Shown here one piece after another: positions 39,428 through 49,434 of a DNA stretch of 64,000 nt (position 1 is the stretch's first letter; the number at the start of each line of letters is the position of its first letter). Origin of the DNA: an uncultured delta proteobacterium (GTDB taxonomy: Bacteria; Desulfobacterota; Binatia; UBA9968); contig CAVYTU010000004.1 in the NCBI GenBank assembly GCA_963771465.1, forward strand, positions 11,618 through 75,617. The letters run 5' to 3'. A program made the translations under genes and the position numbers. The notes beneath the pieces were generated by a model. That model saw nothing but the letters and a program-made list of their open reading frames with translations, made no database searches and had not been told where the DNA came from.

Positions 39428-41833
39428 TTACGGCTGTGCGCCAATCGAGAAGCCAAGCACTGAGGTATCGTCGCCGGATTGTTTACTGATCGGAAACCCG
39501 AGTTCGACTCGGAGCGGGCCGAATGGCGACATCCAACGTACGCCGGCACCCACCGAGCGGCGCAGTTCTGAAAAGTTAAACGTGTTAAACGAATTTCCGG
39601 TATCGAAAAATGCCACGCCGCGCAGTCCATACTGTTCATAGATAGGAAACAATAACTCGGTATTGAACACTATCGCCTTATCCCCACCGACCACTTCGGT
39701 TCCGGTACAGACGTTTCCCGAACAATCCGTGGGCTCCCGTGGTCCGATGGTACGATCTGTGAAACCGCGAATGGAGTTAATACCGCCAAGGAAATAGCGT
39801 TCGAACAGAGGCAGATCTTTCTTGCCGTTGTTGCGTTCAGCTAATCCCACTCCATAACCTACGGAACCTCCCAACGACAACACGTAGGCGCCGCCCCAGT
39901 TAGGATCCTTGAGCAATGGGTAATACCAACGTCCGCTGACGTCGGACTTGATAAACCGTACGTCACCGCCCAACCCTGCCGTCTTAAAGGATAACCCGGA
40001 CTTGAAGCCCTCGGTCGGGTTAAAGAAATGATCGCGGCTATCGTAGCTGAGCCGCGGCGTCACAGCGCTCGTCAACGATTTACCTTTTTCCGATTGAATC
40101 GACGCCGGCGCATTAGCTGATACATTTTTGATATTTTCATTTGTCAAATCGTAGGACAAACCGCCGCGCATGTAATCCCAAATCGTCGGTTGATCGTTGC
40201 TCGCCAGAAAGTCCGAGCCTCGCTCTGCCTCCGGTTTACTTCCTCCGAAGAAGGGCATGCGAAAATCTTTAAGCGGGTAGCTCGAATTAATACCGAAACC
40301 GATCTTATCCTCATCGAAATCCGAGTATTCCCGAGTCGTGTTAAACACATCCAAGCCTAGCGAAGTCTTTGAATCCAAAAAGTATGGATCGGTGACACTC
40401 AATACATAGTCCTGGCGCTTCGTGCCGATGCTAAAATTGCCGCTCACGCCCTGTCCCCGGCCCGAAAAGTTTTTCTCCGAGACACTGGCAGTGAAGACAA
40501 AACCATCACCGCTGCTGTAACCGCCGCCAACTTGAAAAGTTCCGGTCGGTCCTTCCTTTACGTCAACCAGCACATCGAGAGCGTCGGCTTGATCGGTTTT
40601 CTTGGTCGTGATCTGGGCATCTTCAAAATAACCGGTTCGTTGCACGGCATTTTTACTTTCGGTGATTTTGTTACTGGAAAAAAGCTCTTGTTCGTGGGCG
40701 ATTAATTCACGGCGCACGACTTTGTCTCGGGTTTTGGTATTGCCGGTGACGAGCACTCGATTGAAGTAAACCGGCGGCCCCTTGGTTATCACCAGCGCCA
40801 CGTCGACATTTTTGTCGCCGGGATTGATCTTGGTCACCGGGTCGACCTGAACGAAAGCAAAGCCCTTGTTGGAATACATGTCGGACACCGAGGTGATATC
40901 TTCGCGCAAGCGGCTGCCGCGAAAAATTTGCCCGGTGGTGAGCTTGATCGATTTCAACATCTTTTGACCGTCGTCGATTAATTCGCCGCCAATCTCGACT
41001 TTGCCGACCCGATACTGCGGCCCTTCTTTAATGCGAAAGATAACTTCCAACCCGTCACGGCCGCGAACCAGCACGGGATCATCTACCTTGTGGTCGACGT
41101 ACCCATGATCATTGTAGTGATTGGAGAGGATCGCGATATCGTTGGTGAGCATGTCGCGATCGAGCACACCACGATTGGTTAGGAATGAGAATATCCACTC
41201 CTCTTTGGTGCCAATCAAGCCTCTCAATTCACCCGAGGAAAATGCCTTATTCCCATCAAAAGATACCCGCTTGATCAAAAGCCGATTGCCTTCGACGATA
41301 TCGAGAGTGACCACCGCTTGATTATTAGCTTCGACGGAAACCGCGAAATCCACCGAGGCGTTCACATAACCTTGGTCATTGAAAAGCTTGCGTACCTTTT
41401 CGACGCCTTCGGAAATTTTCGTCCGGTCCAATATCGTTCGCGGGCTCACACCGAGGGCGGTTTCAATCTTTTCTTTGCCGACCTGCGCGGCGCCTTGAAT
41501 CTTTACTTCCCGGATATAGGGTTTCTCCTTGACCGCGTAGGTAAGCACACCGTCGGGCGACAGTTCCGCCTGGACGTCGTCAAAAAAACCCATGCGAAAA
41601 ATCGCCTTTACATCTTGTTCGACCACGGCGGCATCGAATGCATCTCCCGGCCGGCTCTTAAGGTGAAGCCGGATGCCATCGTCTTCGACTCGAAGATTGC
41701 CGCTTATCTTGATTTCTTTAAGCCGGGATTTCTCTTGACTCTGAGCCCCACTCGGCATACCGACACTAGCCAAAAAGAGCAGTGACATCAGCAGGAGTAT
41801 AAATTTAGATCGAATAGGTTTGCAGGGTTCCAT
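39428..41833 (-). CDS. bamA: Outer membrane protein assembly factor BamA
   Basis: POTRA repeats (GNTKTRDKVVRRE), LGGINSIRGF, GVRWMSPFGPL. Confidence 0.96.
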   Translation of the reverse strand: MEPCKPIRSKFILLLMSLLFLASVGMPSGAQSQEKSRLKEIKISGNLRVEDDGIRLHLKSRPGDAFDAAVVEQDVKAIFRMGFFDDVQAELSPDGVLTYAVKEKPYIREVKIQGAAQVGKEKIETALGVSPRTILDRTKISEGVEKVRKLFNDQGYVNASVDFAVSVEANNQAVVTLDIVEGNRLLIKRVSFDGNKAFSSGELRGLIGTKEEWIFSFLTNRGVLDRDMLTNDIAILSNHYNDHGYVDHKVDDPVLVRGRDGLEVIFRIKEGPQYRVGKVEIGGELIDDGQKMLKSIKLTTGQIFRGSRLREDITSVSDMYSNKGFAFVQVDPVTKINPGDKNVDVALVITKGPPVYFNRVLVTGNTKTRDKVVRRELIAHEQELFSSNKITESKNAVQRTGYFEDAQITTKKTDQADALDVLVDVKEGPTGTFQVGGGYSSGDGFVFTASVSEKNFSGRGQGVSGNFSIGTKRQDYVLSVTDPYFLDSKTSLGLDVFNTTREYSDFDEDKIGFGINSSYPLKDFRMPFFGGSKPEAERGSDFLASNDQPTIWDYMRGGLSYDLTNENIKNVSANAPASIQSEKGKSLTSAVTPRLSYDSRDHFFNPTEGFKSGLSFKTAGLGGDVRFIKSDVSGRWYYPLLKDPNWGGAYVLSLGGSVGYGVGLAERNNGKKDLPLFERYFLGGINSIRGFTDRTIGPREPTDCSGNVCTGTEVVGGDKAIVFNTELLFPIYEQYGLRGVAFFDTGNSFNTFNFSELRRSVGAGVRWMSPFGPLRVELGFPISKQSGDDTSVLGFSIGAQP

Positions 41834-41880
41834 CGGCGCTTAAAAGAGAATTCTTCTGAGACGATCCAAGGACGTTAATT

Positions 41881-41909
41881 TTATTACCAAAATTCGCGAA
41901 TTTTGTAAA
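41881..41909 (-). promoter_or_regulatory. Sigma70-type promoter of bamA with a perfect 18-bp palindrome in the spacer
   Basis: Minus strand TTTACA-N17-TAATAA. Palindrome CAAAATTCGCGAATTTTG at 41888-41905. Confidence 0.6.
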
Positions 41910-41920
41910 GCTTTTATTGG

Positions 41921-42595
41921 CTAGCCGATGAGCTCGCCGGCTTTAAGCTCAACCCGGCGACCAATCCGCTGGGCAAAATCGCGGTTATGTGTCGCCACCA
42001 CTAGGGCTATCCGATGTTCTGCGTTGAGGCGAAAGAGCAACTCTTGAACCTCCTCGCCGATGCGCAAGTCTAGGGAGCCAGTGGGCTCGTCGGCAAGTAC
42101 CAGCTTGGGCTTCAAAATCACCGCCCGGGCCACCGCCACCCGTTGCTGTTCGCCGCCGGAAAGCTTGCCCGGACGATGACTTACCCGATCTTTCAAGCCG
42201 ACCAATTCCAGCAACCGTTCGGCTTCGGCTTTCGCCTCCGCTTCGGCGACACCTTGAATCAGAGCGGGAAACATCACGTTCTCAAGGGCCGAAAAATCTG
42301 GCAACAGGTAATGAAACTGAAAAATAAAGCCTATCTGCCGGTTGCGGAACTGGCACAACGCCGCTTCGTCATTGAGCGGCAATTCATGACCGTGGAAAAG
42401 TATCTGACCTCGGGTTGGACGATCGAGAGTGCCCAGGATATGTAACAGTGTGCTCTTGCCGACCCCCGATTCACCGACGACCGCCAACCGTTCACCCTCG
42501 GCCAATTCGAGATTAACCCCGCGCAAAACGTGAATTTCGCTAGCGCCTTCGATGAACGATTTGTGCACATCGCGCACCGAGACGAGGCTACTCAT
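41921..42595 (-). CDS. lolD: Lipoprotein-releasing ABC transporter ATPase
   Basis: [34 protein letters not shown]. Follows lolC/E. Confidence 0.92.
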   Translation of the reverse strand: MSSLVSVRDVHKSFIEGASEIHVLRGVNLELAEGERLAVVGESGVGKSTLLHILGTLDRPTRGQILFHGHELPLNDEAALCQFRNRQIGFIFQFHYLLPDFSALENVMFPALIQGVAEAEAKAEAERLLELVGLKDRVSHRPGKLSGGEQQRVAVARAVILKPKLVLADEPTGSLDLRIGEEVQELLFRLNAEHRIALVVATHNRDFAQRIGRRVELKAGELIG

Positions 42596-43835
42596 AGCGG
42601 ATGATTTCCACCGGATCGAGCTTGGCAGCTTGGCGCGCCGGATAGATGCTCGCGAGCAGGCAAACCATGAATGAGGCCAAGGCGACGAGAACGAAATTAC
42701 CGAGATAAATTCGCACCGGCACCGTGGAGATCAGAAACACCCCGTCCGGCAGTTTAAATTGATATTGTGAGATCAAGCCGCACACGAGTAAGCCGAGCAC
42801 CACGCCGAGAACTGTCCCGATGACGCCAATCAAAAACCCCTTGAGCAAGAAAATCTTACGAATGCTCTGCTGCGTCGCTCCCATCGAACGCAGGATAGCA
42901 ATGTCCTTTTTCTTCTCCATCACCACCATCACCAAGGTGGAAACAATATTGAAGGCACCGATCAGGACCATCAACAACAACACCAAGAAGTAAACGGTCT
43001 TTTCCAATTGCAGCGCGGAGAATAGATTGGGCCACAGCCGGGTCCAATCCTCCGCGAAATAAGGAAACCCCAACCGGCGTTGAATCCGATCGGCGATCTC
43101 GCGCGACTGGTCGACGTCCCGGACACGCATCTCGATGTTGGTGACGGCGTCGGATAGTTCAAAGAATTTTTGCGCCTCGTTGAGCCCCATAAAGACCAGC
43201 GTTTGGTCGATCTCGCTCATGCCGGTTTTTAAAATCCCGGCAACCATGAAGCGGCGCATTTTGGGAATCATGCCGATCGCCGTCGGGCTACCCATTGGTG
43301 AGACCACCTGCACCGGGCTGCCCGGGAACACGCCGAGCTGATTGGCCAGACGCTCGCCCAAAATAATTCCCGGCAAACTCACCGTGCGATCTTCGACTTG
43401 GAGCGGATGCTGCGCAGTGAGCCCGGCAAGAGTGCCTTGGCGCAAATAACTTTGAATATTGATGACGGCGTTCACACGGTCCGGATCGACGCCGCGCACG
43501 ACAACGCCAGACACGCGCGATCCGGAAGTCATCATCACCTGCCCATAGATCGTCGGCGTCGCCGCAATGACACCGGGCTCCTTGCTCATCTCCGTGAGGA
43601 GTTTCTCGTACTCTCGCAGCGGTTCGCCCGATCGCACCAGCGCGATATGCGCGTTGATGCCGAGCAGACGGTCGCGCAAGGTTTCTTCAAAGCCGCTCAT
43701 TACTGACATAACGACATTCAAAGTCATCACAGCGAGCATCACGCCGAATATCGAAATCACCGTAATCAGCGATATGAAGGTTTCCTGCCGCCGCGCGCGC
43801 AAATACCTCAGGCCGATGAAGAGTTCGTAATTCAT
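42588..43835 (-). CDS. Lipoprotein-releasing ABC transporter permease LolC/E (single gene)
   Basis: [55 protein letters not shown]. Confidence 0.93.
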   Translation of the reverse strand: MNYELFIGLRYLRARRQETFISLITVISIFGVMLAVMTLNVVMSVMSGFEETLRDRLLGINAHIALVRSGEPLREYEKLLTEMSKEPGVIAATPTIYGQVMMTSGSRVSGVVVRGVDPDRVNAVINIQSYLRQGTLAGLTAQHPLQVEDRTVSLPGIILGERLANQLGVFPGSPVQVVSPMGSPTAIGMIPKMRRFMVAGILKTGMSEIDQTLVFMGLNEAQKFFELSDAVTNIEMRVRDVDQSREIADRIQRRLGFPYFAEDWTRLWPNLFSALQLEKTVYFLVLLLMVLIGAFNIVSTLVMVVMEKKKDIAILRSMGATQQSIRKIFLLKGFLIGVIGTVLGVVLGLLVCGLISQYQFKLPDGVFLISTVPVRIYLGNFVLVALASFMVCLLASIYPARQAAKLDPVEIIRYE

Positions 43836-43849
43836 AGGATGAGAAACGG

Positions 43850-45355
43850 CTAGCGATGCGGGCGCAGAAGCGGAAATAAAATCACGTCGCGAATCGACGG
43901 CGAATTGGTCAATAACATCACCAAGCGGTCGATGCCGATGCCCTCGCCGGCGGCGGGTGGCATGCCGTATTCGAGCGCCCGGACATAATCATCGTCGATC
44001 GGATTGGCCTCTTCGTCGCCGGCCGCGCGCGCATCCATCTGCTCCATGAAGCGCTGGCGTTGATCGGCGGCATCATTGAGTTCGGAAAACGCATTGGCCA
44101 GTTCGCGGCCGCCGATGTAAAGCTCGAAGCGGTCGACCATCGCGCCATTCTGGTCGTTCTTGCGCGCCAAGGGCGACACTTCGATGGGATAACCGGTTAT
44201 GAATGTCGGCTGGATCAGTTTTGCTTCGGCGACTTCCTCAAAAATCTGCACCAAGAGATTGCCGTAGGTCGCGTTGACATCCACCTTCAAATTGTTGGTC
44301 TTAGCGAAGCCTTGTAGTCCAACCACTGAATCGACGTCCGCCGCCGTCGCGCCGCCGTGTTCCACAACCGCTTGGCGAATCGTCAGGCGGCGCCACGGCG
44401 GCGTCAAATCGATGCCATGCTCGCCATAGGTAAGCTGCAAGGAACCCGCGACAGCTTGCGTCAGCGAGACGAACAACTCCTCGGTAAGTTGCATCAAATC
44501 ATCGAAGGTCGCGTAAGCCTGGTAAAACTCGACCATGGTAAATTCGGGATTATGCCGGATCGATATCCCTTCGTTACGAAAGTTGCGGTTGAGCTCAAAG
44601 ACGCGTTCGAAACCGCCGACCAACAAACGCTTGAGAAACAGCTCGGGGGCGACCCGCAAGTACAACTCCATGTCGAGGGTATTGTGATGCGTGATGAAAG
44701 GCTTGGCCGTTGCACCGCCGGGTATGGGCTGCATCATTGGCGTCTCGACTTCGAGAAAATCGCGCTCTTCGAAAAAACGGCGCAACAGTCGAACGATGCG
44801 CGAGCGCTTCTCGAACACCTGGCGCACTTCGGGATTGACCATGAGGTCGACATAGCGCTGCCGATAGCGCACCTCCACGTCGGCGAGCCCATGCCATTTT
44901 TCCGGCAAGGGCCGCAGACACTTGGTCAGCAAGCGCAACTCTTGGGCTTCGACGGTGAGTTCCTTGGTCTTGGTGCGAAAAAGCTGGCCGCGAATGCCGA
45001 CGATGTCGCCGATATCCAAGCTCTGAAACAGGCCATAGCCATCGTCGCCCAAGCGATCCCTGCGCGCGTAGATCTGCAATTTGCCGCGCCGATCCTGAAT
45101 GTGAAAGAAGGATGCTTTGCCCATGCGGCGGATCGCCATGATCCGCCCGGCCACACCAACCCGCCGCGGCGTTTGGTGTAAGTCTTCGTCACTCACTTCG
45201 GCGGCCAGCGCCATCGCCTCGACGATTGTATGGGTCGGCTTATAATCGTTGGGATAAGGGTTACTTCCTGCGTCGCGAAGTTTGGCGAGCTTGGCTCGCC
45301 GCACTTCGACTTGTTCGCCGCTATCGTCGACGACGCTATTTTCACTATCGGTCAT
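43850..45355 (-). CDS. lysS: Lysine--tRNA ligase (class II)
   Basis: RYRQRYVDL, FRNEGI..HNPEF, YGMPPAAGEGIGIDRL. Start ATG 45355 follows GAGG. Confidence 0.97.
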   Translation of the reverse strand: MTDSENSVVDDSGEQVEVRRAKLAKLRDAGSNPYPNDYKPTHTIVEAMALAAEVSDEDLHQTPRRVGVAGRIMAIRRMGKASFFHIQDRRGKLQIYARRDRLGDDGYGLFQSLDIGDIVGIRGQLFRTKTKELTVEAQELRLLTKCLRPLPEKWHGLADVEVRYRQRYVDLMVNPEVRQVFEKRSRIVRLLRRFFEERDFLEVETPMMQPIPGGATAKPFITHHNTLDMELYLRVAPELFLKRLLVGGFERVFELNRNFRNEGISIRHNPEFTMVEFYQAYATFDDLMQLTEELFVSLTQAVAGSLQLTYGEHGIDLTPPWRRLTIRQAVVEHGGATAADVDSVVGLQGFAKTNNLKVDVNATYGNLLVQIFEEVAEAKLIQPTFITGYPIEVSPLARKNDQNGAMVDRFELYIGGRELANAFSELNDAADQRQRFMEQMDARAAGDEEANPIDDDYVRALEYGMPPAAGEGIGIDRLVMLLTNSPSIRDVILFPLLRPHR

Positions 45356-45424
45356 AACCTCTCTCAATCGCGCCCGGACAGTCGGGCTAACATTTACCAG
45401 ATTAATGCAATGAGCGGCACACAA

Positions 45425-46288
45425 CTAAAGCCCGAGATTCTGACAAATCGCTGCCAGCGAATAGGCCTTGTTGAGCGAATAGAAATGCAGCCCGCGCACG
45501 CCATTTTGGATCAAACCCTGGCATTGCCGCGTGGCGTATTCAATTCCCAGCTCCACCGCCGCAGCGTCATCAGCTTCAACCTTGATCAACTGCTGTTCCA
45601 ATCCGGCGGGAATTTTGGAGCCGCAGAGCGAAGTAAAGCGGCGTACCTGTGAAGCGGAAAGGATCGGCAATATCCCCGGAATGATCGGCACGTTGACGCC
45701 GAGCTTATGCAGATCGTCGGCGAAGCGAAAAAAATCGTCGTTATCGAAAAACAGTTGGGTGATGATCGCTGCCGCGCCGGCGTCAACTTTTTCTTTGAGA
45801 AACTTTAGATCGGACTCGCGGTTCACCGCTCTAGGATGAACTTCGGGAAATCCCGCCACGGCAATGGAAAACCCGCCGACTTTTCTCGCCTCGCGGACCA
45901 GCTCGATGGCGTGATGAAAACCATCCGGATGGGGCTGCCAATCGGTCATACCCTGGGGTGGATCACCGCCCAATGCGAGCAGATTCTCGATGCCCTTCTC
46001 TTTGAGCTTAGTCAGGATTGCGCGCGCTTCATCTTTGGACTGCCCGATCACGGTCAAGTGACACATGACTTCGATGCCGCAGCCGCTATGGATGGTGTCG
46101 ACTAAATCAATGGTTGTTTCGCGCGTGCTTCCGCCCGCCCCGTACGTAACAGAACAAAAGCTGGGCTTAACCTTCTTAATGATTTCGATCTCGTTAAAAA
46201 GGTTTTCCTCGCCTTTTCCCGTCTTTGGAGGAAAGAACTCGACCGAAAGTGTCAACCCTGACCGGGCATAGAGGTCGGCTAACTTCAC
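45425..46288 (-). CDS. metF: 5,10-methylenetetrahydrofolate reductase
   Basis: SVEFFPPK, SVTYGAGG, LGGDPP, KVDAGA..ITQLFF, LHFYSLN. Confidence 0.95.
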   Translation of the reverse strand: MKLADLYARSGLTLSVEFFPPKTGKGEENLFNEIEIIKKVKPSFCSVTYGAGGSTRETTIDLVDTIHSGCGIEVMCHLTVIGQSKDEARAILTKLKEKGIENLLALGGDPPQGMTDWQPHPDGFHHAIELVREARKVGGFSIAVAGFPEVHPRAVNRESDLKFLKEKVDAGAAAIITQLFFDNDDFFRFADDLHKLGVNVPIIPGILPILSASQVRRFTSLCGSKIPAGLEQQLIKVEADDAAAVELGIEYATRQCQGLIQNGVRGLHFYSLNKAYSLAAICQNLGL

Positions 46289-46388
46289 ACAAATCCTAGA
46301 TGACTACCATCGGCGCGCCACTATTAGTAGCACATGGTATTGCCAGGGACAATTAGTAGTGCACAATATTCGCTGATTTTCGTTTGGG

Positions 46389-46805
46389 TTATTGATTCAA
46401 CACACGTCGGCGCGCCGCGACGGGATCACAATCCGACCCACTCTCAGGTGTAATGAGCGGCCTCAAGTCATCGGTATGTTTGAGCAACGCGAGTTTAATT
46501 TCTTCGGCGACTTGGAAATGTTCGAGGGTCTCTTTGAAGATTTGCCGGCGGCGCGCAAAATGGCCGCCCATGATCGGATGATTGAGATGCGCTTTGCCGA
46601 GCGGCTTGCCGGTATATTTGACATCGGCGCCGAGAAATTCCGCGGCCAACTGATATTCCATTTCTTTGAGACGCGCCCGGTCGGCGTTACGAAAGAAAAA
46701 CCCGATCATACGATCGGCGAACACCCGGTCGATGAAGCAATCGATGATTTCCCGCAAACTGGTTTCGCCGCCGAGGCGTTCGAAAAGAGTTTTTTCCTCG
46801 CTCAT
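46389..46805 (-). CDS. Group I truncated haemoglobin (atypical distal pocket)
   Basis: LFERLGG, RVFAD..FF, YTGKPL..AH (proximal HisF8), HF. Confidence 0.85.
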   Translation of the reverse strand: MSEEKTLFERLGGETSLREIIDCFIDRVFADRMIGFFFRNADRARLKEMEYQLAAEFLGADVKYTGKPLGKAHLNHPIMGGHFARRRQIFKETLEHFQVAEEIKLALLKHTDDLRPLITPESGSDCDPVAARRRVLNQ

Positions 46806-46818
46806 GAGATCGCAGAGA

Positions 46819-47139
46819 TCAAAGCATACCTAGTTGTAAACGCGCGGCCTCCGACATCTTGTTCTGATCCCAGGGCGGCTCCCACACCAGATCGATCTGA
46901 ACATCGGTAACCCCTTCAATGGCGCGAACTTTCTGCTCCACCTCGGCCGGTATCGATTGTGCCGCCGGACAGCTCGGCGAGGTGAGCGTCATTTGAATCG
47001 TCACCGCGCCTGGCTCATCGACCTTCACTTCGTAGATCAAACCCATCTCGTAAATGTTGACGGGAATTTCCGGATCGAAACAGGTGCGCAGCGCCTCGAT
47101 GACTTGCGCTTCGATAATGGTTTGATTGATGCTTTCCAT
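46819..47139 (-). CDS. DUF59/MIP18 Fe-S maturation protein (short SufT type)
   Basis: DPEIPVNIYEMGLIY, TLTSPSCPAA, LVWEPPW..MSEAARLQLG. Confidence 0.92.
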   Translation of the reverse strand: MESINQTIIEAQVIEALRTCFDPEIPVNIYEMGLIYEVKVDEPGAVTIQMTLTSPSCPAAQSIPAEVEQKVRAIEGVTDVQIDLVWEPPWDQNKMSEAARLQLGML

Positions 47140-47143
47140 AAGT

Positions 47144-47686
47144 CTATTCGATCCCCAATTGCTGTTTCGCGCTAATCGCGATCATGCTTTGATTCCAGGG
47201 TGGATCCCAGACCAATTCCACGTCCGCCTCGCGTACGTCCGGCAGCGCCAACAATTTTTTACGGATGTCCTCTTTGATAAACTGGCCCATGCCACAGCCC
47301 TGTGCCGTCAAAGTAAAATGCACCACCGCTTTATGACCGCCGCTCGCCAGCACATCGACCCGACAATCATAGACCAAGCCGAGCTCGACGATGTTGACCG
47401 GAATCTCCGGATCAAAGCAAGATCGAAGTTGATGCCAAACCTGCTCTTCGACCGAGCCGCTCGCCCCTACGGGCTCAGCCTCATCAATAGCCGCCAAACC
47501 CAGCGCATCCCCATCGCGCCCGTCGATGCGCACGCTATAGCCATGATCGGTCATCACGGTGTAGCCGCTTCCCGCCGCTTGAGTAAGCCAAACGGAGCTG
47601 CCGGCGGAAAGTGAAACCGTTTCGCCGCTCGGAATCATGATCGCGCTGCAAGCGCGTTTAAGCGTTAGCGGTTTCTCAGTGGTCAT
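47144..47686 (-). CDS. sufT: Fe-S assembly protein SufT (long form)
   Basis: N-terminal IPSG..TQ..G..YTV..RIDG.D.DALG, then DPEIPVNIVELGL, TLTAQGCGMG, WDPPW. Confidence 0.9.
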   Translation of the reverse strand: MTTEKPLTLKRACSAIMIPSGETVSLSAGSSVWLTQAAGSGYTVMTDHGYSVRIDGRDGDALGLAAIDEAEPVGASGSVEEQVWHQLRSCFDPEIPVNIVELGLVYDCRVDVLASGGHKAVVHFTLTAQGCGMGQFIKEDIRKKLLALPDVREADVELVWDPPWNQSMIAISAKQQLGIE

Positions 47687-47719
47687 CGCGCCGTTCTCCT
47701 TTCGCACTCGGCCATCGCA

Positions 47720-48172
47720 TCACTCCGTCGTCGCCGGCTGGGATTCGCCCTTGAGCGCGGCATGGACGGTGTGCCAAGCCAGGCTAGCGCATTTCACCCG
47801 CGCGGGAAATTTACAAACACCCGAGAGAATCTGCAACTTGCCCACCTTCTCAACCACGTGCTCGTCGGTCGCATCGCCGGTGAGCATCTTATGCACGTTG
47901 TCGAACAAGGCCTCGGCCACGGCTTGGTTCTTGCCTTTGAGCTCCGCCGTCATCATCGATGCCGAGGCTTTTGAAATGGCGCAGCCCGAGCCTTGAAAGC
48001 TGATGTCTTTGATCACGCCGTTTTCTAACTGGACAAACACTTTCACATGATCGCCACAGAGTGGATTATAGCCTTCCGCCTGGCGATTAGCGTGGGTCAT
48101 CTCGCGGAAATTCCGCGGGCTTTTATTATGGTCAAGAATGACTTCCTGGTAAAGTTCGTCTAGTTCCGACAT
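47720..48172 (-). CDS. sufU: SUF sulfur-transfer protein SufU
   Basis: LYQEVILDH, NPLCGD, GSGCAIS.ASAS, RVKCA.LAW. No LPPVK motif. Confidence 0.93.
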   Translation of the reverse strand: MSELDELYQEVILDHNKSPRNFREMTHANRQAEGYNPLCGDHVKVFVQLENGVIKDISFQGSGCAISKASASMMTAELKGKNQAVAEALFDNVHKMLTGDATDEHVVEKVGKLQILSGVCKFPARVKCASLAWHTVHAALKGESQPATTE

Positions 48173-49434
48173 TAACCAAACACCTTCAAGACTCGATGGA
48201 TACCGCGCACCAGCACGTCAACTTCTTCGATCGTATTATAAAATGCAAAGGACGCTCTCGCCGTCGCCGGCACGCCGAAGCGTTGCATCACCGGCATCGC
48301 GCAATGATGGCCGGCGCGCACCGCCACGCCTTCCTGATCGAGGATCGTACCGACGTCGTGAGCATGCACATGGTCGAAGACAAACGACAGCACGCCGGCT
48401 TTCTCTCTGGCCGTGCCGATGATGCGCAGACCATGGATGGCGCTGAGCGCCTCGGTCGCATAGCTTAACACTCGATGCTCATGCGCGCGCACCTGATCCC
48501 AGTCAAGATTGGTCAAATAATCGATCGCCGCGCCGAGACCGATGCCGCCGGAGATATGCGGTGTGCCGGCCTCGAACTTGTAGGGCAAAACGTTGTAATG
48601 CGTTTTCTCGAACGTCACCAGGCTAATCATGTCGCCGCCGCCTTGATATGGGGGCATTTTTTCCAAGAGCTCCGCGCGGCCGTAAAGAACGCCGACACCG
48701 GTGGGCCCAAACATCTTGTGGCCCGAGAACGCGTAGAAGTCGCAACCCAACGCCTGGACATCGACTTTGATGTGTGGCACCGCCTGCGCGCCGTCGAGCA
48801 AGACCGGAATACTGCGCTCATGCGCTAGTGTGACGATCTCCTTGACCGGAACAATCGTACCGAGCGCATTGGAAACATGGGCGATGGAGACGATCTTGGT
48901 TTTATCGTTTAACAACCGGCGATACTCGTCCATGACGATCTCGCCGTCGTGATTGATCGGCACGACTCGGAGTTTGGCGCCCACCTGCTCGCAGAGCATT
49001 TGCCACGGCACGATATTGGAATGATGCTCCATTGCCGAAACGATGATCTCGTCACCGGCCTTGAGAAAATTACGGCCGTAACTTTGCGCGACTAAATTGA
49101 TAGCTTCAGTCGTGCCGCGCACGAAGATAATCTCTTTGTCCGCGCGCGCATTAATAAAATCGCGAATCTTGCTGCGCGCCGCTTCATACGCCGCAGTGGC
49201 CTGCTCGCTAAGATGATGCACGCCGCGGTGAATGTTGGAATTCTCCGCGCTGTAGTAATGGCTCAGCGCGTCGATGACCGCCTGCGGCTTCTGGCTGGTT
49301 GCGCCATTGTCAAAATACACCAGCGGCTTGCCGTGGATCTTCTCATTGAGAATGGGAAAATCCTGACGCACGCGCGCCACATCGAAATCCCTCGGCCGCA
49401 GCGCTTGGTCTCTTGTTTGCGGAGCCGCTTTCAT
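48172..49434 (-). CDS. sufS: Cysteine desulfurase (SufS type)
   Basis: [36 protein letters not shown]. Start ATG 49434 overlaps the sufD stop. Confidence 0.96.
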   Translation of the reverse strand: MKAAPQTRDQALRPRDFDVARVRQDFPILNEKIHGKPLVYFDNGATSQKPQAVIDALSHYYSAENSNIHRGVHHLSEQATAAYEAARSKIRDFINARADKEIIFVRGTTEAINLVAQSYGRNFLKAGDEIIVSAMEHHSNIVPWQMLCEQVGAKLRVVPINHDGEIVMDEYRRLLNDKTKIVSIAHVSNALGTIVPVKEIVTLAHERSIPVLLDGAQAVPHIKVDVQALGCDFYAFSGHKMFGPTGVGVLYGRAELLEKMPPYQGGGDMISLVTFEKTHYNVLPYKFEAGTPHISGGIGLGAAIDYLTNLDWDQVRAHEHRVLSYATEALSAIHGLRIIGTAREKAGVLSFVFDHVHAHDVGTILDQEGVAVRAGHHCAMPVMQRFGVPATARASFAFYNTIEEVDVLVRGIHRVLKVFG

